From Camelus ferus (Eukaryota), in NCBI RefSeq assembly GCF_009834535.1, contig NC_045696.1:67830001-67894000 (forward strand): a DNA stretch of 64,000 nt, read 5' to 3'. Every line of letters begins with the position of its first letter. Position 1 is the first letter of the stretch. The translations under genes were made by a program, and so were the position numbers. The notes below the pieces were generated by a model. The model was not told where the DNA came from, ran no database searches, and was given only the letters and a program-made list of their open reading frames with translations. This document shows, one piece after another, positions 1 to 11,989 of the stretch.

Positions 1-39
1 TGCTTGAAGTGGTGGATTACTGAAGTGTCTGAGACTTGT

Positions 40-620
40 TACTTGCCCTAAATTTTCAGTCAAGTAGAGGGGGGAAATGTGTAAACAGGTAAGGAGAACA
101 CAAGATAAAATCTCCTAAGATCTGCAAACATACTCTTCTGGAAGTTGGGACAAAGGAAATCTTACTTCCAGTTGGAAGAACACGGGAGCTATAATGGAGC
201 ATTTAAATTGTCCCTGAACATTATGATGAAGAGAGCAAGCCTATGCTAGGCAGAAAGGGAAATAAACGCATAATGGTAAAAAAAATAAAAAATAAAAATA
301 AATCAGATCAGGACCTAAAAAATAAAGGGCATGTTACAATATAGCATAAAGATAAGAATGTAAAATAACACTAGTAGGTTATAAAAAGTAGAGCAATGTG
401 AAAATAAGTTTTTACGTGTGTTGCACATTGAGTGCAAAGCAAAGAGTCTGAATGTTAACATGCATGCAATGAGGGTCTATTAAGGATTTCTGAGAAGGAA
501 ACACTTGTAAGAATATGATTTACTAAAAACTAACCTAAAAGTATGTGCAGGACAGATTAGGAGAAACCGGAATTAAAAAGCATCCAACTTGGAAATCTAT
601 ATACAGTCCAGGCTTTGGGA
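40..620 (-). mobile_element. Degenerate LINE-2 fragment
   Basis: 440-615 resembles the antisense L2 ORF2 stretch (gcaatgagggtctattaaggatttctgagaagg...atacagtccaggc). Heavily diverged; boundaries approximate. Confidence 0.55.
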
Positions 621-1194
621 TACCAGGATACCCAACAGCGCTATGGGTTCATGGTATGAAATCTTTTAAAATACTCTCTGCAACAAATTCTATTAAAAGA
701 GAAAACATTCATTAAAAAAAAATTTCTCTAGTTGTCCTTTTCCTTTTAAAAATAGTATTTTTGATGTTTCTAGGGACTGTACTCCTCTATGGGTAAACAG
801 CTTCTCCTTGCATTTCAGCTGTTCAGCACGTAGTGGGAGAGCTGCAGTGTCTGTCACTCAGTGAGGCACTTCTGTATAGTACAGAAACAACACAACGTAG
901 GTCTTCAGAAAAGAAAGTGCCTACATCCCACAGTGGAAGGACGGTGATTTGGGCTGGTTCTTCTGATACACCTTTAAGATTGCTCACTTGAGTTCCATTT
1001 GCTTTCTGAATAATAGTCTTAGAGTTGGAAGAGTAGCTAACTGCTGTCAAGTCAAGCTCCTAGCCATATTCAGACTACCAAAAAGTCAAACACGCTATCT
1101 TTAGAGTAATTTGCTTTTTAGACTCTCACTATGCACCAGGCACTGTGGTAGGATTTTCCTAGGCTGCCTCTTATTCCCACAACTCTCTATGCTG

Positions 1195-1368
1195 ATGGTT
1201 CTGAAGCTTTAGAGTTCATGAGGATCTCTAGAAGGTCTGGTTAAAACACAGATTGCTGGGTACTACTCCCCAGAGGTTTTGATTCAGTAAGTCTGAGTTG
1301 GGACCTAATAATCTGCATTCCTAATAAAACCCCAGGTGATGCTAGGATCACACTTTGAGAACCACTGC
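1195..1368. mobile_element. MER5A-like hAT DNA transposon (MITE)
   Basis: Typical MER5A motifs: ttaaaacacagattgctggg, gattcagtaagtctgag, aatctgcattcctaataa, caggtgatgct and terminal tttgagaaccactg. Confidence 0.85.
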
Positions 1369-1548
1369 ATAAAAGCAAAGTACCGTATTATTCCTACTTT
1401 AGAACCCATGGGATTGGAAAGGTTCAATAATATGTCATATAGAAAAATTTCTACTCCTCTTATCCTCCTGGATGTGCACATCTGGAGACATACTTTGTCT
1501 ATATCTTTATTAAGATTGTAAGTCTCATAAACATTTATTAACTCTACC

Positions 1549-1750
1549 CAGTAGTTCTAATCATTGGCTACATTATTAGAATCACCAAGGAAGCTTATCT
1601 AAATATGCTGATGCCAAAACTCTATCTGATACCAATGCATTTAGCATCTTGGGGATGAGGAAAGGGAATGGGGAAGAAGGCTCAGATGCCCGTATTCCTT
1701 TAAAACCCAGATAATTCCAACACGCAGCCAGAACTGAGAAACTCACTGGC
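1549..1750. mobile_element. MER5-like hAT MITE
   Basis: Begins cagtagttctaatcattggctacattattagaatcacc and ends ...gcagccagaactgagaaactcactg, matching MER5 termini. Confidence 0.7.
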
Positions 1751-2334
1751 CTTCATTTGGCCAAGCACTGCCCTGAAAAAAACATTTAACACCTGTTAAC
1801 TAGAAAGAATTGCCACCAAGATCTTTTCTACCTTTAAAGTCATAATGTATGAGACAAAAGCTCAAAATAAGGTTTTAAGTGATCGGCAAAGAAGTCTAGG
1901 TTGATGGAGACTTAACAACTAAATACTACTTCACAGCTTAAATTTCAGGTTCGAATGTTCTATCTGGACCTATGTCTTCTTCATACCCAATTTAAAAGAG
2001 GATTTTTGAGCACCTTATTATACTTTACCAGATTCTTTCTGTCACAGAGAATTGTCAAACCATTAAACTGAGTCAGACTGAATGAAATCTTGGAGATCCT
2101 ATTACAAAGGTAAAAACAGAGGCCCACAAAAGCCACATGAACAGTCCAAATTCTCACAGCAGATTTGTCTTAGAATAAAAAGCACAACTGCCTGTCTCTG
2201 AGGTGCTTTCAAACTATACCCATCCTGACCATATTTCTGTCATAGAAATTAAATACAGTGAGGTACAGGTTGATGAGATCCTGGGAGGGTGAAAAGGAGC
2301 TGGAAAAGAAAATGGAATGTCTTTTTTAAAAGAA

Positions 2335-2606
2335 ATACTATGGTTACCAAAAGAGAAAGGGTCAGGGAGGGATAAATTAGGAGTTTGGGATTAACAGATA
2401 CACATTACTATATATAAAATAGATAAACAACAAGGACCTACTGTAGAGAACAGGGAACTATACTCAATTTCTTGTAATAACATACAATGGAAAGGGATCT
2501 GAGAAATATGTATTATATATATGTAGAACTGAATTGCTCTGCTGTACACCTGAAACTAACATTGTAAATCAACTACACTTCAATAAAAAATAAAATTACA
2601 AAAAAG
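2335..2606 (+). mobile_element. 5'-truncated L1 3' UTR (artiodactyl type) with A-rich tail
   Basis: atggttaccaaa...gggataaattaggagtttgggattaacagatacac...cagggaactatac...gctgtacacctgaaactaac...cttcaataaaaaataaaa. Confidence 0.9.
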
Positions 2607-4001
2607 AGAAGTATCTTGAAAACAACATAAATCTAGACCGTGTATTCTAGGTAAGATTAGGTGAATTTTAAAGTCATAATAATAACCTCATAATAATTAT
2701 ATGCTTATTTTGATCAGTTATTAAGTGAGACCAAGGTTTTCCTTTTTTTTCCAAAGTTTTTCAGTTTTCAAGCTCAATCATCATAGGCGCCTCATTACAT
2801 TCTTTACAGTGGAGCTCACATTTTAAAACAATGTAGAGAAATGGGTAAATATCTAGAAAATGGATACATGGTAAAGGGATATAAAATAGGTCCTTTGAAA
2901 GGAAGCATAACTAGTAAAGATAGTTGAAATGAAAAATTCTTAATAACTACTTTAAATCAGTCTGAGAGCTTTTATGGGAATTCTGATTTAAGGCTTGGCC
3001 TTTCAACAGACAAATCAACAAAGGGAAAGGCCTCTAAGTTGCAGTAAGAATAAGTTTAGCTTAAGAGAGAAGTCATATTTTCCATGTTTAAGGAAGATGG
3101 CAAAATAAAAAGAACATAAATGTTGGGGGCTGTGGGGGGAGATCCTTCCCTATCTAGTAGATGTCTTCAAACAATACAAGAGCATCTGGCTTGCATGCTT
3201 GGGTGGTGACCCTCCTAGAGAAAAGCATCTGAAAGGAATCAGCCACAGGACCTTCCAACCAGCAATTCTAAGCTGTAGACCTTGGCATTAGTGCATGCTT
3301 TGCCTAGCCTAGGCTTGCTGGGGGAATCCAAGTGAACTCCCAGATGCTGTGAATTACAGCAGCATTGAGTAAACGAAACAGGCAAGCCAAAAAAGAACAT
3401 GCCATCAGGCAACTGGGGAGTGCAGTGACACATAAAATCTAAGATAGAAACATTGGGTTTTATAAGAAGTGGGGTAGTCACAGACCTGTGTCTATAAGCT
3501 TGGTTCCCTCCTTACCCTTTTTCTTATCATCCAAAGCCAACCCAAGAGGCAAAACACATTTATTCCTCAATTATCTGGTAAAATGGTTTACTCTAAAGTT
3601 ACACAGCTACTGAAATACAAAGCTGGAAACAGATCCTTGCGATGCCTTCGAGAGAAGCTAGGTAAGATCTTGCTTGACTTGCTCTCTACCATCCCACCTC
3701 ATTCAGCTAAAATTCAAAAGGTTTTGCTTTGTGCCGGATGTGGCACCATGAGGCAGTTAAAGGGAGACTGGCAAATAAAGTAATGTATCCCTGACTCCCA
3801 AACACTCCTTTACACCAGTTTGCATCAGAAAATAGACTGCTTGCATGCCATCAACTTAAAAAGAAGAGAGTGAGGAAAAATTCCCAGAAAGCCAGGCATG
3901 CGTATTTTCCCAAGCTACCCTTCCTAGTCTAGGGGTAAAAAAGGCAGTGGCATCGAGAAGCAGACGTGGCTGCTTGGCAGTAGCTGATTATTACCCACTG
4001 T

Positions 4002-4032
4002 GGTTGCCCTAGTGACACGGCTCAGGCACGTA
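4002..4032. promoter_or_regulatory. Candidate RFX X-box with adjacent HIF-type RCGTG site
   Basis: GTTGCCCTAGTGAC at 4003-4016 (X-box-like, overlapping TGTGGTT at 3999-4005) and GCACGTA at 4026-4032, in a locally CpG-retaining patch. Motif match only. Confidence 0.25.
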
Positions 4033-4329
4033 CGAAAGGCATCTACTACCTAAAAGCAGACCTTGCCTAGGCTTTCGTGACACAAAGTCCCTCATCAGAG
4101 GGAAAAAAATAACAAGAATTTACCAGCAAAGGTGGTAAATTTACTGGTTATGCATGATTGTAGTGCAAAAACACAAGGGAGTAATTAAACTCACATCATC
4201 AATGAAGTCTGGATTCATGTACTATGGTTTAAAAAAAAATAAAAATAAAAGCAAGCATCATTCTCTTTCTTCTAGATCCAAATGTCCATGTAGACCTACA
4301 CGCAGATTTAGATAACAGCCCTATGGTGC

Positions 4330-4520
4330 CACATACACAGTTCTATCAGAGCATCTAGTATACTTAATTGCATTTATGTGTTTACGGTCATTCTCTCCTA
4401 GTTAGAATTTAAGCTCCTAACAGGCAGAGCTCACTCATAATTTATCTTTATAACCAGCTGGCATGAGGTTTGCGCCATGCCATCCCTCAGCAAACGTAGG
4501 TTGAACAACTAAATAAATAA
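4330..4520 (+). mobile_element. LINE-2 3' end
   Basis: ttctctccctagttagaatttaagctcctaacaggcagagc...ctcagcaaacgtaggttgaacaactaaataaataa resembles the L2 3' terminus. Confidence 0.6.
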
Positions 4521-4629
4521 ACAGACATATAATCACTCAATTGATTTTTTTTTAATTTGACCTAATGCCTTAGATCCTTTTCAAACATCAATGTACAAAT
4601 CATTAAAAAGATGTAGATAAAATGCAGAG

Positions 4630-4735
4630 CGTGATTCAGCAGGTCCAGGGTGAGGCCTGACATTCTGCATTTTAAACAAGCTCCCAGCTGATGCTGAAGT
4701 AGATGTGTGGACTGCACATGGAGGAGCACTGCTCT
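4630..4735. mobile_element. MER5A fragment
   Basis: gattcagcaggtccagggtgaggcctgacattctgcattttaaacaagctcccagctgatgctga...gagcactgctcta. Confidence 0.75.
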
Positions 4736-4902
4736 AGGGCCCTTCCAGATAGCGGATGTTGGCCCTCACACTTTTTTAAGTGAAGAATTTTGGTTGTGTG
4801 AGGAAAATCTAAACTTTAAGGTAAGTATAAATAAAATCACTTAGGAGCTCCTCAAATTAAGAGTTTAAATCCTGAGTACACAAGAGATGGGGTTGGAACA
4901 CG

Positions 4903-4903
<1 letters not shown>

Positions 4904-4939
<36 letters not shown>

Positions 4940-4945
4940 AAACAC
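4904..4945. repeat. (CA)n microsatellite
   Basis: About 15 perfect AC units followed by an imperfect tail. Confidence 0.95.
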
Positions 4946-6944
4946 GTGAAATAAAATTAATTACTGTGACCAAATCTAAGCTTCAAGGAAAGACTGTTAT
5001 TCTTTTCCACTAATAGTAACTAACAGAGAAAGGAAATAAGTTCCAAAAAAAATAGTACAAAATTTCAAGCCCTGAAACTTAAAACACAAACCCTAGTTCT
5101 TTCTACCTCTTACTTCAGAAAGGCAATGCAACCATCTGAGGTTCAGTTTTCCTTACCCATTAAATGAGGATGACATTGTCCACTTCACAGTGTCACTCTG
5201 CAGATGAAAGCAGTTAAAACTGAGTCTATAAATTTTTTTTGACCACAACTCAAAGAAATAACCTTTTATGTCATGATGCAAAGCTACTATCTGGACATGT
5301 ATAAATACATGTGTATTTGAAACTAGGGTTTCATGAAGCCATGTGTATTGCATGTAATGCACATTAACATTTTCTGTTTATTGATCTTAAAAGTGTTGCC
5401 TGTGACCCACTAAAGTGACTGTGACCATAAAGGGGTCTCAACCAACAGTCTGAACACCACTAAGCTAAATTATATGTAAGACTCTTGTACAATGTGTACA
5501 TGATAAATGACATATTTTTTTTCCTTTTCACTTATGCACAAAATGGCAGCTGAGTCTAAACTTGCTCAAATAGCAGAGGAGACCAAATGTGAGAAGAACC
5601 TCTCTCAGCAAGATTGAGTAAAGAGATCAAGTGGATAGATAAAACAGGTGTAAATAACAGGAGTGATAGTCTCCATAAGGTGAGAGTTACGTCACAGCCG
5701 CAACATTCTCCTCATAGACGAGAGGCAATTTATTATATAACTGAGCAATTGAAGACTTTATTTACAAGTTTACCCTCCAATCCATCTTTACTTAGCATTA
5801 AAACACATGTGCCACCAAGAAAACTACATCAGAAAGCATATTGAGTAAACTATTTTTAAAGTGAAGTACTCAAGGTTTAGGACAGTATGTAAATGTTATT
5901 TATGTGATAATACATATACATACATGCCTGTATTATCAGAGACTATCTTTTAAGTAGATTCCCCCAAAATTGTTAACAGCAAGAGGCCTCTAAGAAGCAG
6001 CTAAATTCTGTAACTGGGAAACAAGACTGGAAGGAAAACTCACTTTCCATTATACAAAATTTTAACCTGCCATTGTTCTACCCACTTAAAATTTTAAAGT
6101 AACACATGCACACAATTCAAGAGAATGTTCAGTATCTAGGAATGTGTCATCTGCAAATACTGAGCCGAATAAGGTTTTAAAAACCACCAGGAAATACTGG
6201 GATAGGCAGAGGTCAAGAAATCACTGAGGATAAGTCCCATTTAAATCATCACCTCTCTTCCCTCTGGATCTATTTACTGCCCATTGGTTGTTGTAACTAA
6301 AAACATAAAAGGAACTGCTCTGATTTACTCAATGTGTTGTTCTTATTAGAGATAGAATCAAAAACCTGCTTAATTCCAGAGCCAAAGCCTAAGCACCATC
6401 TCAGCGTGACTACAGACCTCTGTCTTAGAGATTAAGTGCTCAGCAATAAAGCAGCTGCTCCTGGATTCCCGTTTTGCTCCTGTTCCCTGAGTGTGCAGCC
6501 CTTTTGAGGACTCTCTGGGAGAAGTGATAATTATCAGGGCAAGGCAGGGAATCCCTGGTTCCATAAATGAGAAGATATGTAACCTAACCAAGTAACTTCA
6601 ATTCTTTAGTTCTCACACTAGACTGTTTTGGAGTTCAGGCTTTTATTATGTATAATTATATATCAGAAAAGTCGCCTTCCTATTTTTCTTCCATTTTTAT
6701 TTTCAGCTGCTTTACTAAAAACAAATTGTTGACTCTGATAGTACTTAATTTCCTAAATGAAAGGACTAAGATTAAAAAGAGTGATGAAGCACAATGTAGG
6801 TATAAGGTGATACAGGAAATTCAGCACTCCTGTATGCTTCTTGTATAAAGTAGGAGTGTTAAAGATAAAATTTTTCTCAAGAAAATTTGGTAACAGGTAT
6901 CAAAAGCCTTAAAAATATTTCTACACTTTCATGCAGCAATAACA

Positions 6945-7993
6945 CTTTTTTTTAAATTTTGAAGCTCTTTGTTTTGTTTTGTTTTATTGAAGTATAGTCA
7001 GTTTACAATGTTGTGTCAACTTCTGAAATACAGCATAATGTTTCAGTCGTACATATACATACATATATTTGTTTTCATGTTCTTTTTTCATTATAGGTTA
7101 CTACAAGATTTTGAATATAATTCCTGTGCTATAATAGAATTTATTACTTATCTATTTTATATACAGTACTTAGTATCTGCAAATCTCAAACTCTCAATTT
7201 AGCCCTTCTTATCCCCTTTACCCCCGGTAACCATAAGTTTGTTTCCTATGTCTGTGAGTCTGTCGCTGTTTTATAAATAAGTTCATTTGTCTTTTTTTTT
7301 TATATTCCACGTGTAAGTGATAGCATATCGTATTTTTTCTTTCTTTTTCTGGCTTACTTCACATAGAATGATGCTCTCCAGGTCTATTCATGTTGCTGCA
7401 AATGGCATTATTTTATTCTTTTTAATGGCTGAGTAGTATTCCATTGTATAAATATACCAGTTTCTTTATCCAGTCATCTATTGATGGACATTTAGGTTGT
7501 TTCCATGCCTTGCCTATTGTAAATAGTGCTGATATGAACACAGGGGTACATGTACCTTTTTGAATTAGAATTCCTTCTGGATATATGCCCAAGAATGGGG
7601 TTGCTGGATCATTGGGTAACTCTCGTTTTAGGTTTTTGAGGAATCTCCATACTGTTTTCCACAATGGCTGTACCAAACTACATTCCCACCAGCAGTGTAG
7701 GAGGGTTCCCTTTTTTCCACACCCTCTCCAACATTTATCATTTCTGGACTTTATAATGATGGCCATTCTGACTGGTGTGAGGTGATACTTCATTGTGGTT
7801 TTGATTTGCAATTCTCTGATAATTAGCGATATTGAGCATTTTTTCATGTGCCTATCGGCCATTTGTATGTCTTCGTTTGAGAATTGCTTGTTCAGGTCTT
7901 CTGCCCAGTTTTGAGTTGGGTTGTTTTTTTTTTGGGGGGTGGGGGTTGTTATTCAGTGGTATGAGCTGTTTATATATTCTGGAAATTAAGCCC
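6945..7993 (-). mobile_element. 5'-truncated L1 (end of ORF2 plus 3' UTR), nested in an older plus-strand L1ME-like remnant
   Basis: ORF 7422-7862 ([30 protein letters not shown]...[32 protein letters not shown]...WKQPKCPS) is the L1 ORF2 C-terminal cysteine-rich region. 3' UTR and T-rich tail lie at 6945-7400. The flanks 6850-6945 and 7995-8190 read as a continuous older L1. Confidence 0.95.
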
Positions 7994-8204
7994 TTTTAAT
8001 AAATTATCCTACTAAAGAATTAACTGAAGAATATACAGGGAAGAATGTTAAAGAATCTTCATCACAATGAAATATAATGGAAATGATCAGACTGTTCATC
8101 AATAAAGTATCGGCAAAACAAAAAAAAATCATTTGTCGTCAGTCACACACTGGGAAATTGTGCTGCCATCAAAATGATGATGTTGATCTAGACCTGACAT
8201 CAAT

Positions 8205-8550
8205 TTCATTGATTAGGTGTCTTCTATGTGCCAGGTGTTATTCTAGACACAAGAAGGAAAAAAAATCAAACATGCAAATATAAAAGAAACACAAAGTGCT
8301 GCATTCATGGAATTTACACTCCAGCAGAAGAATACTTAAAAATTAAATTACATAAAACATACTTAGTATCAAATCTTGATAAGTACTATACAGATATATA
8401 GGACAAGGAAGGGGGAATGGACTGCTAGGGTGATGATGGAATGTTGCCAGTTTAAAAAGAAAGGTGGGAGAATGCCTCTTGGAGGTGATATTTGAACAAA
8501 AAATTACATCTACTAAGGGTGTGAGTCATGGAGTATCTGGGAAGAGAACA
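8205..8550 (-). mobile_element. LINE-2 fragment
   Basis: cattgattaggtgtcttctatgtgccaggtgttattctagacac...tcatggaatttacactccagcag...ggaggtgatatttgaac, the antisense L2 3' region. Confidence 0.7.
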
Positions 8551-9546
8551 TGAAAAACCGTTTCCGATATATTAGCTCGCGAGGGGAAAAGTCGGCTACT
8601 GAATAGTGTTTATCATATGGCATAATTTCTGTATAAACAGTTTTGTATATGTTAACAATGGTCTATAGCTCATGGGATGACAAGTGTTTTGTTTGTTTTT
8701 TTTTAATGCCTTCTCCTTTGGGTTTAATTATTATACAATAAATGTGAATTATAGGCATGCATTTTTTTTAAAAATCAAAAGGAAGATACTTTGAAATGAA
8801 TTGCAGAATCTACTTAAGCCAGTGTTTAATTATAATGCACCACTATATTTACTCAAGCCAAAATGTAATGTCTCCGTCATCTTTCTAAATAACTTAGCTT
8901 GAAATGCTCTTTAAGATTCTCAAATTAAAAGCACAAGAATGATTATCCTAAAGTAGATGAAGTCTCCCTGATTTTCAAATGGACAGTTTCACTCTATATC
9001 GATCTAATACAGAATCCCTATATCTTCACTGAGTTCAACAGTCCTCAGGCTTAAGTACAAATAAACACTCTGTGTGAGGGTGAAACACCTTAAGGCATCA
9101 TATCCACACATACTGCATTTCTCTATCACATAGTGGTTTCTATTTGCTGAAAAATAAATTTGATTTCTTAGTCAAAAAACACTGAATGATTTTCAAGTAA
9201 TATGAAATCAGGAGGAGAGTCTTGTTCTGCAAATGGACTAAAACCAAATAACATTTGTGAGTCCACCAACTGTCATTCGTCTTACAAAAACGAAGTAACT
9301 GCCACCCAAGACAACAAACCACACCATACAGTTTGACTTCCAAAGATGAGCATTCAAAATAAATGGTGCGATGATTTAAGCCTGAGCATCAGTCTTCTAC
9401 CAGCTATTGAGATACTTTCAGCTCCAATACCAAAAAGTGAAATTCTCTCAGTTTAAAAATAAAATTAAAATAAAAATTTCATGTTGTGGACAGAGAATTA
9501 GGCAACAATCTACGGAAACAAAACAAAAGAAAAAATCTTAACTTAC

Positions 9547-9561
9547 CGCTGAAAAAGAAAG
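9547..9561 (-). other. Candidate 15-nt microexon (host gene unidentified)
   Basis: Minus strand reads tgttatttttttgtcag|CTTTCTTTTTCAGCG|gtaagt: consensus donor, U-rich acceptor, length a multiple of 3, no stop in any frame (LSFSA / xFFFS / FLFQR). Confidence 0.4.
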
Positions 9562-10246
9562 CTGACAAAAAAATAACAGTGTGCTGAGAGGTTATTTCAA
9601 AAATATCCTTTTTTCTTAGAGATGGGACAGTATCCTGTGGCGGTCATTGAGGCCAGAAGGTTACCTTCCCTCCAAAGATGGTAATGGAGCCAGAAGGAAT
9701 GTGGTTTCAGAATAAAAAGTACTTTAAATAGCTCATTTAGCTTATTCCACTCCTGCTATGTCTGGGTGGAGCGAATCATCCTCACTTCCAGTGACAACAT
9801 ATTGCTCCTTCCTGATTTTGCTCTGTTGGAGCACATATTCTGCCCTCTGCTAATTTAATTGCTTATCTGTTGTTTTCTCCTACTAGACTATAAGCACCTT
9901 GAGGGCAAGCTGTCTGTTTTAAGGAGCATATACAGCACATAGGAGATGCATGATAAATAGTAGTAATATTACCATTATAAATGATTATTATTATAAGTCT
10001 ATAAACTGAATTGAACTCTGAAAAGATGATTGTATGTATTTATACCATGGACCATTTTGCCCCTTGCCAGTTATTGACATGAGGCCAATATATTACAGTG
10101 CTGGTGGGCTACAGGTCCTGCAGGATGTTCACAGATGGACTGTTAATGACATCAGTCTTAGAGTAGCCACCTCGTTTTGCTGCTGTTGACATTGCTGTTG
10201 TTACTGTTGTCGCTGTTGTTGTCATTGTTTTTACACATTAACTTAC

Positions 10247-10469
10247 CAGAGCAGGTCTTCAGGATCCAGGCCCTAAGTTCTCCTCCCTAAGTCACCCCCT
10301 GGTTAAGGGGACACCTTAGCCTCAATAATCACTGCAACCATGTGCACTGTACTTGATCTTTCTTCTGCAATAAAAGGCCTGTAGACAGGTCTGAATAATG
10401 ACTATATCCCACAAGGCATCTAGAAACTCCTTCAAATCCTCCAAGAATTTTGGAGGGTCAAGTTTCTGC
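10247..10469 (-). other. Candidate 223-nt non-coding or poison exon
   Basis: Minus strand has tatgac plus a ~40-nt AG-free pyrimidine tract (cttctctccttccactcccttcatttttctcttcttccattacag|G) and a donor CTG|gtaagt. Stops occur in all three frames. Confidence 0.3.
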
Positions 10470-10589
10470 CTGTAATGGAAGAAGAGAAAAATGAAGGGAG
10501 TGGAAGGAGAGAAGTCATATGGCTAGAAACCCACAATGTTAGTGCTTAAAATGCTGAAACAGCTCTGATTTTTAAACAAAGGTGTGCCT

Positions 10590-10742
10590 CAGTATCTCAT
10601 GAAGCACTTGCTTTCACCACATGCAGTGAGGCCCCACTTTAGAATGCTTCGAGCAGAATCTTTGGGGTTGGGACCCAGACACAAGTACCTTGGCAAGCTC
10701 CTCGCAAGATTCTGACATGCAGCCTGGTTAAGAGTCAGTGAC
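10590..10742. mobile_element. MER5-like MITE
   Basis: gcagaatctttggggttgggacccag...gcaagctcctcgcaagattctgacatgcagcctggttaagagtcagtg. Confidence 0.6.
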
Positions 10743-10749
10743 CTCCATG

Positions 10750-11060
10750 AGACAAGGTAAGACTGGTAAGTTATCCTTGCTTAAAGAAGACTAAGAAGGC
10801 AAGGCAACTAAACGCAACTTGTGATTCTGGATACAATCCTAGACCAGAAAAAGGAAATGAATAGGACAACTGATGAAATCTGAATAAATTCTATGTATCA
10901 GCAAGAAGTACTGTGTCAGTGTGTTAATCACCTGGTTGGGTAACTGTGCTATAATTATGTAAGATATCAACATTTGGGGAAAAGTGAGAATCCCTTATAC
11001 TATTTTTCAACGTTTGTGTCGAGTCTGAAATCATTTTCAAAATGAGAAGTAAAAATTTAT
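10750..11060 (+). mobile_element. Old L1 (L1MC-like) 3' end
   Basis: ttaaagaagactaagaaggc...tgattctggatacaatcctagaccag...tgtaagatatcaacatttgggg...gtctgaaatcattttcaaaatgagaag. Confidence 0.75.
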
Positions 11061-11080
11061 TTTTAAATTTTAAGGGAAAA

Positions 11081-11255
11081 AAGGGCTAAATTGGGAGTTT
11101 GAGATTTGCAGATACTAACTACTGTATATAAAATAGATAAATAATAAATTCTATTATAGCACAGGAACTATATTCAAAATCTTGTAGTAACCTATAATGA
11201 AAAAAGAGCATGAAGACAAATATATGTATGTATATGTATGACTGAAACATTATGC
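11081..11255 (+). repeat. Tail-less L1 3'-UTR fragment; inverted near-copy of 7033-7207
   Basis: Manual gapless alignment to the reverse complement of 7033-7207 gives 168/175 identity. No poly-A tail; ends abruptly at ...cattatgc. Confidence 0.9.
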
Positions 11256-11989
11256 ATTAGGCATTGGTCTAGTCCAATAACTTTCTTGCACAGACGGAGA
11301 AACTTTCAACCAGTATGGTAAAGAAAAACAAAGAGTACGTAGAACCATAGCAGGAACCCTACTGCGACCCTCTGCCTCCTAACTTCGGGCTGAGGGCACC
11401 TCTACCACAGGATGTGGCAAACTCAGTGTGAGAAATTGAGACTGCTCAGGAATGAGGGGGAAAGCTGGTCGGCCTCTACAGCTTCAGAAGACGATGAAAA
11501 TGGGATTTGGATAAGATGATCAGAGAGGCGTGAAATGCCTTCAATAACATTCAGGCCAAGCACAGCGCGGACAGGTCCGGAACCCTAGATCCACGGTCAG
11601 AGGTGATGAAATCCCATAAGGCTTCCTTGGCCCCACTAGGGGAGCCCATTTCCCTGCCTCGGGAGACATCCTGAGGATAAGAAGGGCTCTGTGAGACCAG
11701 GGCCCTTCTGTGATTTCTCCAGTTTTCATCTTTCGTGCACAAATGACTTCCAATTCTTCTCGCCGAGAAATTCTTGTTACTATTTATATAAAATGATGCC
11801 AACCATTACTCACTCTCCTTCATCCCTGCCATTTCATCGAGACTGAGGCTTAGCAAATGCATAAATGCTTTAAAAATAATCAAATAGAGACACCCATTTC
11901 ATTTCAAGGTGGTTGTTTTTTGGCATGGATTTTTTTTTTCCAAAAGAATACTGGAGCTGACAGGTACTTGCTCTAAAAATTTACTTCAC

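Noticed and set aside
5157..5197. Other minus-strand exon-like segments (41 nt here; 19836-19941; ~49691-49798)
   Set aside because: One weak splice site each and unrecognised peptides that do not assemble into a known protein.
7422..7862. 146-aa ORF as a host gene
   Set aside because: It is the truncated L1 ORF2 C-terminus.
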